This document shows positions 1 through 13,569 of a DNA stretch of 64,000 nucleotides, in pieces. The notes below the pieces were generated by a model. It ran no database searches and was not told the origin of the DNA. It saw nothing but the letters and a program-made list of their open reading frames with translations. A program made the position numbers and the translations under genes. The stretch comes from Octopus vulgaris (Eukaryota): assembly GCA_951406725.2 (NCBI GenBank), contig OX597817.1:29202001-29266000 (forward strand), written 5' to 3'. How positions within the stretch are numbered: position 1 is the first letter of the stretch; each line of letters opens with the position of its first letter.

Positions 1-235
1 GTGCCACGTATCAGAGGTGGTTTCAACCGTGTTCTTTCAATGGTGGTGCTACCCAGGTATCAGTTATCTTTGGGCTGAATTATCCTTAATAAGATAATTC
101 ATATCAATTACTCATATATATAATTATATATATATATATATATATATATACTAAATATATATATATATATTAAGCAACATATATTATATATATATTTGGA
201 CACCTATGTGCTACAAGCATCCCACACTTTTTACG

Positions 236-590
236 TAAAGGTGCATGACTGAGTGGTTAAAGCATTGGGCTCACAATAAATGAGGTAGTGAGTTCCATTT
301 GCAGACCAGGCTTTGTGTTGTGTTCTTGAGCAAGACACTTTCTTTATTTCATGTTGTTCCAGTTCACTCAGCTGGAGAAATGTAGAAATAAGTAGCAATG
401 TCACTGGTGCCAAGCTGTATTGGCCTTTGCCTTTGCCTTTCTCTTGAACAATATTGGTGACATGGAGAGGGGAGGCTGGTATGTGTGGACAACTGCTGGT
501 CTTCCATAAACGATCTTGCCCAGACTTGTGCTTTGGAGGGGAACTTTCTAGGTGCAATCTCATGATCATTCATGACCAAAGGGGGTCTTT
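236..590 (+). mobile_element. tRNA-derived SINE (head type 2 + tail Z)
   Basis: A-box-like gactgagtggttaaagca; body gttcttgagcaagacactt...ccagttcactcagctg; a related copy lies on the minus strand at about 12940-13215. Confidence 0.75.
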
Positions 591-1102
591 ATATATATAT
601 ATATATATATGTCTTTTCACTGGAGTGAAGACACGGTTAATATGTAATGGTTTACCAGTAGAAAATTCTGGAAGAGTTGTAACTAATTTCAACATCAAAA
701 GTTATACAAATCACCTTACCATGCACCATTTTGGAGCACTAAGGGTACTTCAAACTAATGGGAGGGTCAGGTACTACAATAAGGCTCACATCTCTTCAAT
801 GCTCTGCCAAAAGAATTAAGTAACCTATGCAATGTCAGTGTGGATGTCTTCACAAAGAAATGTCATTCTCTTATCCATGATACCAATGCCCCAAAAGGAC
901 TTACAGACGAGGGTAGTAGTGTCAAACTCCTTCATACATCAAATGAGCCAACAAGCAGGAAAAAATATTACGTGCAAGTGTAGCAATATGAAATCCCACC
1001 GCACAGAAGAGATCAACCACAAATAAGAGAACTTTGGAAAGGGTACAAAGTCACAGTAGTACTCCAGTATGACTGCAGCTATATGGCTGAAACACGTAAA
1101 AG

Positions 1103-1139
<37 letters not shown>

Positions 1140-1154
1140 TAGATAGATATATAT

Positions 1155-1360
1155 TACGGAGATGTACTTTCATAGCAAGTGACCTGATCTGAAATCGTGT
1201 GCTGGAACGAAAACAATTGCAGAATGGAAGGTGTTTATAAGCCATTTAAGAAACACACAAAAACCGTTAGATTCACTTCAACATTTAAACTTAATTTGTC
1301 AAAATATTTTTGTCGCTTTGAGACCATGACCTACTCAGTGACAAAACTTCGTGCTGTGTG
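1155..1360 (-). mobile_element. Penelope-like pLTR fragment with degenerate hammerhead motif (1295-1345)
   Basis: Between (TA)n and (CA)n tracts; minus strand reads tttgtca-ctgagta-g-gtcat..gcgac-aaaaatattt-tgacaaa (7-bp stem I, palindromic stem III, non-canonical core). Confidence 0.5.
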
Positions 1361-2699
1361 AATACACACACACACACAATTGCATTTCTTCCGGGGATTT
1401 GAACATTACTAGGAAACTTCTTTTATCCATTTGATTGGAAGAGCATCACATATTTCTGAATCAAATAAGATCATCTCTGATAACAAAAGAAGTTCTTTGA
1501 TTCTTATGAACCTCCTGGAAAAATTAGTTGTCCTTTGGAAATTTTTTTAATATAAGAAACCACTTTATTGCCCATAAATGTATTTGGAATAGAGAAAAAG
1601 ACACAAGAAAAATAAATCTTTAAAATATAGGTAAATTTTAGTCAACTGCTTTATCAAAACTCACATCACAAATGTGGACAATATTTGTGCTTGATTTAGA
1701 ATACATGTGTCCAGTATTGAAGGAAATATTTCTTTTCTTGCATACACGGTGTAAATATTTCAAATCTCTTGTCTCTGCTTTTTCTTTAAGTAAGAATATC
1801 TAGTTTGAAAGGTTTATTAGTTTGTGACTCCCATGATGGAAATAGATTGTATTGGCTAGAAAATTTGGAAAATTGTAAACTGTAAATGAATATTAGCAGA
1901 AAATGTAAAATCTACACCCATTGGAATAGATTGTTCCTCAAGAAATCTTGCATGCTATAGTTACTTTTCACAGTAAAATCAAAGACAAGAGAGGAACTTT
2001 AGTATTCTATGATGTACAATTCTACCACAAACCCAAAACAGCGTTTGCCTAGATGTAAGTAATGGGTCCCAAGAATAATCCTCTATGTATTACTTAACTG
2101 TATAGTTTGCTTTTTCTCTTTTGCTATACTTTCACATTTTTCTTTCATCAGTTCTACATTTTTTTCCCCTTTATTTTATCATCCTTTCTCCATATTCCCA
2201 TTTTACTGACAATTCATTTGTTTTCTCTGGTTGAAAAAACTCAAAAACCTTAAGTTTTTAATAAGTGTTGTTACACATTTAAAGCTTTTCTGGAGTTATT
2301 CATCTGTTATCTGTAATTTTTATAACCAGAGAAATACTTTTTAAAGAAAAAATAATTTTTCCAGAAGGCACTTCACAAAAATATCAATAACTTCTTTTGT
2401 TGTTCCAAATGATACACTTTGTTTCAGATCCATGTCTCCTGCCAGCTCAGTCTGATCTGCATTGTTTATCTAATTGGTGTGTGTGTGTATGCACAAGAGA
2501 GTGTGTGTGTGTGTGCATGCACATGAGTGTGTGTGTGTAAGCATATATCTGTGTATGCGTGCGTTAATGACTGTGTCCTTGCATATATCTATAAATATGT
2601 ACATATGTGTATTTATTTATATACATATATATAAAATTTATACACAGATTTATATATTGGCATATATAAGTATATATTAGTATACTATATATTTTGCAG

Positions 2700-3078
2700 T
2701 GGAGGCACAATGGCCCAGTGGTTAGGGCAGTGGATTGTGGTCATAGGATCACAGTTTCGATTCCCAGACCGGGCATTGTGACTGTTTATTGCGCGAAGAC
2801 ACTTAAAGCTCCATGAGGCTCCAGCAGGGGGTGGTAACGAACCCTGCCGTACTCTTTCACCATAATTTTCTCTCACTCTTTCTTCCTGTTTCTGTTGTAC
2901 CTATATTTCAAAGAGCCAGCCTTGTCACACTCTGTGTCATGCTAAATCTCCCCAAGAACTACATTAAGGATACATGTGTCTGTGGAGTGCTCAGCCACTT
3001 GCACGTTAATTTCATGAGCAAGCTGTTCCATTGATCAGATCAACTGGAACCCACATCGTCATAACTAACGGAGTGCCA
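2700..3078 (+). mobile_element. tRNA-derived SINE (OR-like head 1 + tail X)
   Basis: A box tggcccagtgg and B box gtttcgattcc; closely similar full-length copy at 22818-23198. Confidence 0.85.
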
Positions 3079-3593
3079 CTGGGGATATATTTTGCTTATA
3101 TATATATATTTATTAATTTATTTGCACACACACACACATTCAAATTTGTAGGTATCATTTTCATATAAATGTATGTTTATATATGTATATGTGTGTGTAT
3201 GTATGTATATATATATATGTGTGTGTGTGTTTGTATACCTATCGAGATATTCATAAACGTATATGTTTACATATATCATAATTCCTTTGAGGCACATTTT
3301 CTGTATTCACATGCCCCTCTTGTTGCCAACTTTCACCTGTTTCTGAGCAAGGTAATATCTTCCCTAAGGCCGGACATGCTTCCATGGAAGATTGTAAGTG
3401 AACTGCATCACTTCTTAAACTGTAACATTCAGTTACAACTTCCACATATCAAGACATATAAATAAGTAAATGAAAGGCTTCTTTCAGTTTCCAAGCAGCA
3501 AATCCACTCAAAAGGCTTTTATCAACTCTGAGCTATGCCGTGGGATTGATCTCAAAACCACAGGGTTGGGAAGCAAACTTTTCAACCACAATC

Positions 3594-3637
<44 letters not shown>

Positions 3638-3703
3638 AAGAGGATAGATAGACTGATAGGTAGTGAGATAGATAAATAAGAAAAATATATAAATATGAAA
3701 ATA

Positions 3704-3743
<40 letters not shown>

Positions 3744-4731
3744 CATATATATATATATGTATATATATATATATTTATATAAGTATATATGTATATAAGT
3801 TATATATATATATATACATATACACACACACACACACTTGTGTGTTGTTTGTGATATACACTCTATCTTCTCAATGTTTGCCTTCATTTAATTTAATATT
3901 TCTCATAGTATGTGAATAACCTACGGGTGGGTTCTTCGATTTGGTAGATTGTTCCTGAATGCAAAATTTGTACCATGCATTTTCCTTTGTTTTTAATTTG
4001 GATTTTTTATATTTAGTTTATTTTTCTTTTACCCTTTTTTTTTTAGTTAGCTCAGTTTTTTTTTTTCTTAAATATCTTTTCCACCAACTTATTTTATGTA
4101 ATTCCCCTTCTTAGAAATATATTATTATTAACAGATTAGCATATTCTTGCCTCTGTCAATAAATTTTATACTAAGTGTGTTTGATATAGTATTAAGCAGA
4201 TTATCTTAAGTCATCTTTTTGTTATTCATGTTCATCATAGACCAGAAGTGTTTTGAAATATTTTACAGGTGATTTAAAAACAAGGGAAATTTTTATTATT
4301 ATTATGATATTCAAATTATTGTAAGAGTGCTTGTTTTAGATAGTGCAAAGTTTTAAATTTTGAGCATATCCAAAACATAAATAATGTATTAATTTGAATA
4401 TTATATACATAAAGGAGAAATATCTATATTTACATTAACTTTGTTTAAATTTCATTAAATTTTTATAGTCATACACTTTTACAGAAATCAACAATATATC
4501 AATATTCAACAGGGTTTGTCTACTATTAGCATCTATAAATTCCACTCTGTTGGTGAGTGTGTACACCTTGCTATGTAAGCTATGTAAACCTGCATAGATA
4601 TTCACTTAGGAAATAAAAATTACTTGCTTAGATATTCATCCCAATGAAAAATGTATGCATACACACACACACAAACACACACACACACACACATTACTAT
4701 TAAAATTATAGTCGTTGTAAGTTCTTTTTAG

Positions 4732-5481
4732 TTTGCCTCAAAGTCATCTGATTCAAGAAATTTTAGCAAAAGAAAAAGAACCGAAGCTAGATTTAAATAT
4801 ATTTAGAAATTATACAATGTGGCTCAGGTTAAAATTCATTTACTTTGTATTAATTAAGATAAAAAAAATTAGCTATATTCTGTCACTCTTTGTAATTATG
4901 TTTTCATCCTTATTTTTATTTTTATTTTGCTGAAGCATCCTCATAGGAGAAATAATAGCAGTAACAACATTTCACATCCCAATGGCAGGGAAAAGCAGTC
5001 AAATGTTTGTGCGCTAACTTTGTATTGCAAACATAGATGCCTATATAAGTTCTGTCACTTTCAGTCATATACTTTTCATTTATAAGTGGCAGGCAAAGTA
5101 GCTAAGCAATGATGGCAACCAGTATTATTTTGGGGATAATAAGGATTATGCTGATGACAACTGTGATGAGGAAATCTTTGTCAGAGGCAAGAAAACAGCA
5201 ACTTCCTATATATTTCTTTGGTGAAGGAAGCTTGAATTTTAATTACATTAAATTGAACTTTAATTTGAAACTTCTCATCAGTTTCTGAATGTTTTTAATG
5301 ATTGATTTAAAAAAATTAAATAAAGTTTAAAAATGCAACAACAAGCAACCATAAGTTTAATGAAAAGAACAAATATCGTAAATTTTCTTTCCACCAGGAA
5401 AAGCATTATGACAATCTCTCTTATGGGAATGCTTGCTCCCTAAATCTATCAATTTTCTTGAGAAATTTGCTCCTATTTTCA
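4732..5481 (+). pseudogene. Three exon-like segments (4732-4827, 5065-5186, 5398-5481) of an unidentified, probably pseudogenised host gene
   Basis: Polypyrimidine-AG acceptors and compatible phases give LPQSHLIQEILAKEKEPKLDLNIFRNYTMWLS/HILFIYKWQAK*LSNDGNQYYFGDNKDYADDNCDEEIFVRG/KAL*QSLLWECLLPKSINFLEKFAPIF; donors are weak or GC. Confidence 0.35.
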
Positions 5482-6840
5482 GTATCAATTTCTCATTGTG
5501 TGTTGCTTGTTAATGCCAGTTCCTTGTTTGCTTTAACAAGTAAGAAATGCTTGCTATTATTGAACAGATTTTACCATTTTTATTTCATGTTGCTGTTAAA
5601 GAAATATACAAAAGCAAACAAAATCGTTTTTTGTATTGTTAGCGTTGGATCAAATATAAATAAAAAAAAAACAACTACCTTTTTTTTTGTTTTATTCTAA
5701 TTTTATTTTTAATTTTAATAATCATGACAAATTATTTATCATAATTATTCATGATTGATTTGTATTGATTTCTTTTCCTTTTTACTCAAGTATTAATATA
5801 AAATGCAGTAGATTAAAAAAATATTAACATACAACAGAATGACAGTAAAAAAAATCGATCTGATACTTTGCTGTTTCTTGAGTTGTCTTACATTCAATGG
5901 TGGAATAAATCTACCAAGACACTGTTTATTTACTTACTCTATTCATTTATTCTGTTTATTTAATACTCATTCTGTGTCCATTTCTTTCAGTTTAAAATCC
6001 AAACATTTTGACTTTTTACACTTTAACGTGTAAAATATTAATATTTCAATATTAAAATTAAACAAAATGTTTAAAGACTTACTAAAAAAAATTAAATTGT
6101 AAAAGACAATCTAAACTCTTTACATATGGTCACAATAAACATAGAGACACTATATTTTCAGGAGGCTACACTCTACTACAAAGTGAAAATATAAAATTTT
6201 GTGACATATAGGTGTAGACATTTGTTTTTAGAAACTAAAGTTTTCAAAAAGAAAAATTAAGATCACTTAAATTGTTAATATTTTTAATACAAGTTTTATT
6301 CCATTGTAGCATTTCAACTTGGTTTCCAACAATCTTTAAATAAAGAATATAAAAAGAAATCAAAAAGATTACTATTTCTACATATGTGCATGATGTGGTT
6401 ATATGCATGCTATATTGTATACAAAGATATTTCATACATTTCTAAATTATAATTTTTACACACTTTATTATTTTTATTTTGATAAAGCATTTTCATTTCC
6501 TGGTATACATGTTTGCTTTGCATTTATTTTTTACTTTGATGATTTTCTGGCTGCTATGGAATGTTTTTTAATCTCTGGAGTTTATTTTAGCATTGCCTTT
6601 TTTCATGTGTATTCATAACTTGTTCCATATACCTTTGTTTATATGTTGCATGGTGAAGTTTGCCCATATTCATATGAGAGTTATACCAGAATAATGCAAA
6701 AGTGTACATAACTTTTTTTCTTAACTGACTTTGGTTGTTCAAATTGCACATGCCCCACCAATAGAGTTATTCTTCATCTAAACAAAGATATTAACAGAAT
6801 CTCCATCAAAAGCAATATATTTGTGCAATCGCTGAAGCCA

Positions 6841-7200
6841 TACTCTTTTTACTTGTTTCAGTCATTTGACTGTGGCCGTGCTGGAGCACCACCTTTAGTC
6901 AAGCAAATCGACCCCAGGACTTATTCTTTGTAAGCCTAGTACTTATTCTATCAGTCTCTTTTGCCAAACTGCTAAATTACGGGGACGTAAACACACCAGC
7001 ATCGGTTGTCAAGTGATGTTGGGGGGACAAACACAGACACACAAACACACACACATATATATATATATATAAATATATATGATGGGCTTCTTTCAGTTTC
7101 TGTCTATCAAATCCACTCACAAGGCTTTGGTCAGCCCAAGGCTATTGTAGAAGACACCTGCCGAAGTTGCCATGCAGTGGGTACTTACCACACAGCCACT
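6841..7200 (-). mobile_element. Major tRNA-derived SINE (family A), internally deleted
   Basis: Matches the family A copies at 15390-15811 and 20539-20959; internal (CA)/(TA) tract. Confidence 0.85.
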
Positions 7201-7482
7201 TTGAAAAGGTTCTTGTGTAAACTGTTATACTCACTTCTTCAAAATCAATTTCACTTCATGTTTCAACAAATTGTTGTCCTTGAAGACTCTCCTTCATTGG
7301 ACTGAACAGAAGTTACTGAATATCATATCTAGACTGCACAATGGATACCACAACGAGCAAACAAAAAAGTTTTGTAGATCATTTTTCCAGTTTAAATTCT
7401 TGTTCAGTTTCTTCTTCCTAATGGCTTTTGTATTCCTTTTAGGTGTCCCAATGTACTTCTTGCTGTCCATAGTACAGTCATA

Positions 7483-7862
7483 TCTATTATATAAAATTCA
7501 TTCTGTCTATCTGTGTGTCTTCTAGTATCTCGGGTATCCTCCATCCAGTTGTGCTCAAATTTGATATGTAGATACCGACGGTATCAGGGCGTGTATAAGT
7601 CTTGAAAAAATTACAAAAATCGATTCCAGGTGAGAATGCGATCGATAAAGCAGTGGGAATGGGCATTTGTACGTGCAAGTACATCAGCTTTTGTGATCGA
7701 TGCTATTTGTACACGAGAAAAATGCATGGTGTCTCAAATTTAGGTTAAATCAGTGTTTCTCAAAGGGGAGGCCTATGGGACGGTCTGACAAGTTGCTTTG
7801 AGAAAATTTGGTTTAAATATTTGACAACTCAGCACCGTCCATTGGACGGGCATTTTGTTCGT
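7483..7862 (+). mobile_element. Non-autonomous Helitron-like element
   Basis: 5' TCTATTATATAAAA start, 3' hairpin ccgtcca-t-tggacgg, degenerate CTAG end; longer homolog at 34470-35164 (-). Confidence 0.7.
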
Positions 7863-7869
7863 TCCAGAT

Positions 7870-8960
7870 AATTAAGAAGAATGACACATAAAACAATCAC
7901 CATGCCTTTGTGTTTCAATTGCTGGCTGTTTAACTTCTTAACCTGAAGTGAAGAGGTGCAAAGCTATTCCATGCACTGAGTCTTCATTTCCAGATCTTAA
8001 AGATACAACACCATTTCATCTTCTATCACTAGATCAGTCTTCCAACATCTTCAGTAATGCACTGGGACAACAGACCAGATACACAGCAAGCTCATATATT
8101 GTGATGCATCTATCCATGCAAATCAGTTCCTTCACTTTCTGGTGATTCGTGTATATCAGTGGTTCTCACTTAGGGTTCATATAAGATTTTTGAGAGTCCA
8201 TGCAACAAAATAATAAATTGGGGATCCACAATAGTGTCTTAAGGGCCCCTGAAAAAATTCCAGTTTAGATGTATGTATTGCAAGAAACAGTTAGGTTTCT
8301 TTCTCTAACATTTTACATTGTCCAACCTGCACAAGTTAATAAATCTAGTTTTGAAACATTGAATGGCTATGGGTGTCTTCCAGGATAAAACAGTAATCAA
8401 AGGGGACCATAGATAAAAAATGGTTGAGAACCCCTGATGTATATGGACTCTGTGTGGTTTCTCTTCAATGCTAGTTTATCCTTCATTAAATTTCATCTAT
8501 CTGTGCACACTGGATTTAGTTAAAAAGAGATGATGAGCGATGGCTAGAAGGATATTGAGTTTAACTTTATAACCAGCTGATCTAGCAAGCGGGGCCTCAT
8601 ATCAGTGAGGGGGGCCGGTGCGCATTGATGCCGTCGAGAGGTAGGCCCCGAAATGGCGTGCATTCTCTCCTGATGACCCCATACACTTGCTGGCTTCCGG
8701 TATACGGAGCTTTTGACTGGTAGCACTTGCATGTGCAAGTTGTTTGCAAGACAGTATCATCTCCCCAAACAACCTGCAGCTTTCTGTGGATGTTGAACAG
8801 TCTGCATCCTTCCTTTGTCAAGAACTCAATGATGGTATATTGCTTCTGCTTGGAACCTGTTATTTGCCTGTAATGAAGAAAAGCAAGGAGAAGAGATGCT
8901 GTAGAGAAAGAGCTACTCTACCAGCATGTGCAATTTGAACAGCTTACATCTCTTAAGAAA
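7870..8960 (-). mobile_element. Highly decayed mariner transposon carrying nested insertions
   Basis: Minus-strand fragments KQKQYTIIEFLTKEGCRLFNIHRKLQVVWGDD (N-terminal HTH), QKVKELICMDRCIT, DLEMKTQCME and MVIVF. Confidence 0.6.
8157..8436. mobile_element. hAT-type MITE
   Basis: TIRs cagtggttctca / tgagaacccctg; 8-bp TSD gtgtatat (8149-8156) and atgtatat (8437-8444). Confidence 0.8.
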
Positions 8961-10310
8961 AAATTCATGCCCACATTTGCGTTGCTTTCCAATGCAACCT
9001 TCATTTATTATGTAACATTTTCTCAGAAAACTCATTCATATTATTCTAGAAAGCAACTTAACCATCTCATTTCTCACTTTAACATAAGCTGATATATTTG
9101 CCCTAGAAATATATAACCTCTGCTGGAAAAGGAAAAATATAAGCTCTTTGGTGAGTTTCAGGAAGTAATATGTATTCATGTAGTCTAAGAAATTTTAATC
9201 TAAATCAATGATTTTTAATTTAATAATGAAGGTAAGTAATCCTATGTGATAGATTAAAGATTTGCGACAGTAAAATTAGTGACAACAAATTTCAAGTTAC
9301 TTAATTTAATCAGACCAATGTAAGTGATAATTTAGATATTTTGAAAGATAATAGATTAAACAATGATGAAAAATAATATATTAAACAATGATGTAATTTA
9401 TCTATAGGCAGGCAAATTAAATAGAAAATGACAGATTTTTCCATGTACATTATATTCACTATTGCATATACATTCTTTTGTAAAAGGTAGGATTGATTTA
9501 CACAAGATAAAGAAAAGGTTTTGATGTATTTTATAACAGAATCAAAATTTGCATTCTTACTGCAAAATCAGAATACATATAGGATAAAATTTTAATGCAA
9601 AATAAAATTTGAAATGTTTATAGTTAGGATTCATTAGTAAATACTTAATGATTTAATGAACTTAATATTCTGATCAAATATTGGGATTAATCCTAAATCA
9701 AATTAAGTTTTCTCTCAGATGGTATGGTAGTAGATATTATTCAATTCTTTCAATAAATTCTTCTGGGTTCAAAACAACTTATTGCTCGTAAGGAAGAGGA
9801 AATGTTCAGAGCAAACCAAATATTAACTTTCTGTAAATAATTTCTCAAATCCAAACATATATTTCTTAAAGTTGTCTTGCTGGTTTTGCATCATTTAAAC
9901 TATTTCTTAGCATTATTTCTAGAGATGGGCTGCAAGCATTGTATGTTGGAATATATTTATGTTGACTGTTTTAGTTAAAGCTACAGCAATGGATTAGTCC
10001 AGAGTTACCTATCTTTGATATTGTTCTAAAAAGCTAGAAACACAGTATCTGGGGATCCAAAAGAGGACAGCACTGGACAGATGTGTTTTTACACCATTTA
10101 CAATAAAAGAAATTTTCTCCATGGTAACTGCAGTGATTTTGCCTTTAGAAGTTAAAATATATCACAAATATATTTTAACTTTATACATATATATACACAC
10201 ACACATACGCATATGTGTACACATACATATATGAACACACAGAAATACGTTTCTGTGTGTCTACATTTATATATGTGTGTGTGTGTGATCGTGCGTATTT
10301 GTACACATGC

Positions 10311-10355
<45 letters not shown>

Positions 10356-12261
10356 CATACTCACACTTTTACCTATTTTCACTTACTTCAGCAAGTGGGT
10401 GTAGCCATGCTTAGGAATTAGAATTGATGTGTGTGTGTATGATAACTAGTTTACTTCATTTCACTTCCACAAACTTCTCTCCATATTTGGTTACTCTTTA
10501 TATATGCATATACATATGTATGTGTATACAGCATGCATACACACAGACACACACACACATATATGTAAATATAAATATATATATGCACACACATACACAT
10601 ATTCATACATACACACATGCACGTGCACACACACACACACATATATATACACACCTCAAACTGCTTCTAATCCATATTTAAAATTTTTCCATGGCTTGGC
10701 ATGTTCTTAAACCATTTGGCATATAGTCATAGCCAGTTGGACACCTCACTGCAGACCTCTTTGGTTGGTACACGGTATTGACAAGTCACAATAATGACAA
10801 AACAATGATGTCTGTCGTTCCACAAAATCGGGATCTGGTTTGAGTGGTCTCACTTGGCAGTGATCTGCTTTCGGGTGATTTTACACCAAGGGCATTGAGA
10901 TTATATTCTCTTATGCCTATAGAATACTGCCACACGACAAACTAACAACAGACATGCCTTGTGTATGTGTGTTCGACTTTGTTTATCATTATCATCATCA
11001 TTTAACATCCACCTTCCATGCTAGCAATACACGCTCACACACACATGCACATATACATGTATATATTTATACACCCATACATACTTATACAAGTCAGTGT
11101 TATAGCCCTGTTTTAGCCAATTTTTTTTCCCATCAGTTTTGTACTCATTCTGCACTCATTGTATGGAATTGTTGGAAAAGTATGGAGTAGTTTCTTTGTT
11201 ACAGGAGGTCACAAAGTGTCACATCAGATTTTCAAGTGTCATAAAATATCTAAGAGAAAACACAAAGTGTAAGCTTTTGTTCATTAGCGTTATGTCCCTT
11301 GGACAGGGATCAAAAAGCACCATTATGGTCTATGATGTAAATTGCTAAATTATAATAAAGAATTCCTTTTGCCTAGACACCCGCTTAAATTGTAGAAGTA
11401 AGCTTTATTGAACTTGTCATCATAAATGCGGATATATCATTGGAGACTGGTAGACAATTCTATGAATATAAATGTTAGAGCTTCCACTATTGGTAGTGCC
11501 CATGGTTTGCCATGCCAGGTTTATTACATGGAAGCACACATACTTGTACATATCCACATATGATTTTATGATTACCCACCCCATTTCCACTCCCTCCTCT
11601 GCAGTTACAATAATAAGTCCATCCCATCTGCATCCTAGTCCAAACTCCACTCTACAGCAATTACCTCACATATCATTATGGAACATTCTGATCCCTATCC
11701 AAGGGACGTAACTCTAACAAACAAACGTTCCCTCAGTGAGACTTCTCCAACACTTTCATTTGCTCTGACAAATTACCACACCTAGAAACCAGATATCATG
11801 CCTTCTGACCTCTTGTGACAAAGATCCTGCACCATTCTTTTCAAACCAGCTCTTCTGATAAGTGCTAAGATTAGTTTTTCCAAGCACTTGTACAAAACTA
11901 TTTTCTTGTACAAAACTAATTGATAAAATTTGCTGAAATGAGTTCTGATACTGTATTGCATAAATAATCGATGGACCTTCTCTAGTGAAAAAATAGAAAG
12001 GATTCATAGGGCTGGTTGCAGGGTCTCCATAGGATGTAAGTGACTGAAATCACAAAATGCCCCTGAATGGGATGCTAATCCATTGCAAGGTTACTCTATT
12101 TACAGTTGAGTAGACTGGATCAATCTGTAATGATTTGTTTTGCTGAAGAATACCATACATAGCCAGTTCTGGGAATTGAAACCACAATCTTCAGATCATG
12201 AGTACAACACCCTAATCATTAGGCACTTTCATACACACACATACATATATATGTAATTATG

Positions 12262-12306
<45 letters not shown>

Positions 12307-12309
12307 CAA

Positions 12310-12470
12310 CCACTACACTCACAGAGTGGTTGGCGTTAGGAAGGGCATCCAGCTGTAGAACCACTGCCAGATCAGACTCTGAAGCCTGTTGCAGCCTCCT
12401 GGCTTCCCAAACCCCAGTCGAACCGTCCAACCCATGCTAGCATCGAAAACAGACGTTAAACGATGATGAT
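12310..12470 (+). mobile_element. RTE 3'-UTR-derived (GAT)n-tailed repeat (family D), truncated
   Basis: gttggcgttaggaagggcatccagctgtagaa...ccatgctagcat...gacgttaaacgatgatgat; inserted in (TA)n. Confidence 0.8.
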
Positions 12471-12473
12471 ATT

Positions 12474-12514
<41 letters not shown>

Positions 12515-13569
12515 TTATGATGATTGCTGTCTACTCATGACAGGAGGAAGACCATCACTGACTATTTCCCATTCACAATGCTAGCAAAGTCTGTACATGA
12601 GGTCATTTCACCTACAATCAGCTTCACCAACAATTTGTGCCTTCAGCTTCCACGTTCACCGCAGTGCCTTTCCAGCTAACTGAGCATTGGAAAGTTGCCT
12701 CACCAACAATTGCACAGCCTAAAATTTTAGGTCTATCAAGGGTTGTACAGCACCTCACAGGCCCCCTCCACCCTACTAACATGATTTAGGGACAAGCCAC
12801 AGCAAAATATCCAGTGCCAATATGGGCTTGCAGGCTCAGAAAGGTGGGAGCGCCATGTTCTTTAGTAGAAGCAAACGATATCCAAAATGTTAAATACCAT
12901 TCCTTGCATTTTATATCAGAACTTTAGAAAGTTACCTTCTAAGGCACAAACCTGGGCAAGTTTGTTTATGGAAGACCAGCAGTCGCCCATGCATCCCAGC
13001 TCCCGTCTCTATGCCATCGATGTTAGCCAAGGGAAAGGCAAAAGCTGATACAGCTTGGCATCAGTGATATTGCAAATCACTTCTACAGCTGAGTGGACTG
13101 GAGCAATGTGAAATAAAGTGTCTTACGCAAGAACACAATACACAGCTTAGTCCATGAATTGAACTCACTACCTCATGATGGTGAACTCAACACTCTAATC
13201 ACTGAGCCATGCTCCTATACATTTATGTATGTGAGTATATTTCTTTTATTTTTTAACTTGTTTCAATCATTTGACTGTGGCCATGGTGGAGCACCACCTT
13301 TTGTTGAGCAAATCGACCCCAGGACTTATTCTTTGTAAGCCTAGTACTTATTCTATTGGTCTCTTTTGCTAAACCACTAAGTTACAGGGATGTAAACACA
13401 CCAATATCGGTTGTCAAGCAATGTTGGGGGGGACAAACACAGTGGGACTTAACCCAGAACCATGTGGTTGGTTGTGTGTGTGTTTGTGTGTGAGAATCAT
13501 AACAGAATCATCATCATCATCATCATCATCGTTTAACGTCCGCTTTCCATGCTAGCATGAGTTGCTGTA

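Noticed and set aside
3330-3390. Hammerhead-like layout on the minus strand (ctt-ccatgga-agca...tgct-ca-gaaacaggtga-aag)
   Set aside because: Core and cleavage triplet are too degenerate to distinguish from chance
3169-3919. YIYI/HTHT/CVCV-type ORFs here and throughout the window
   Set aside because: Dinucleotide microsatellite translations
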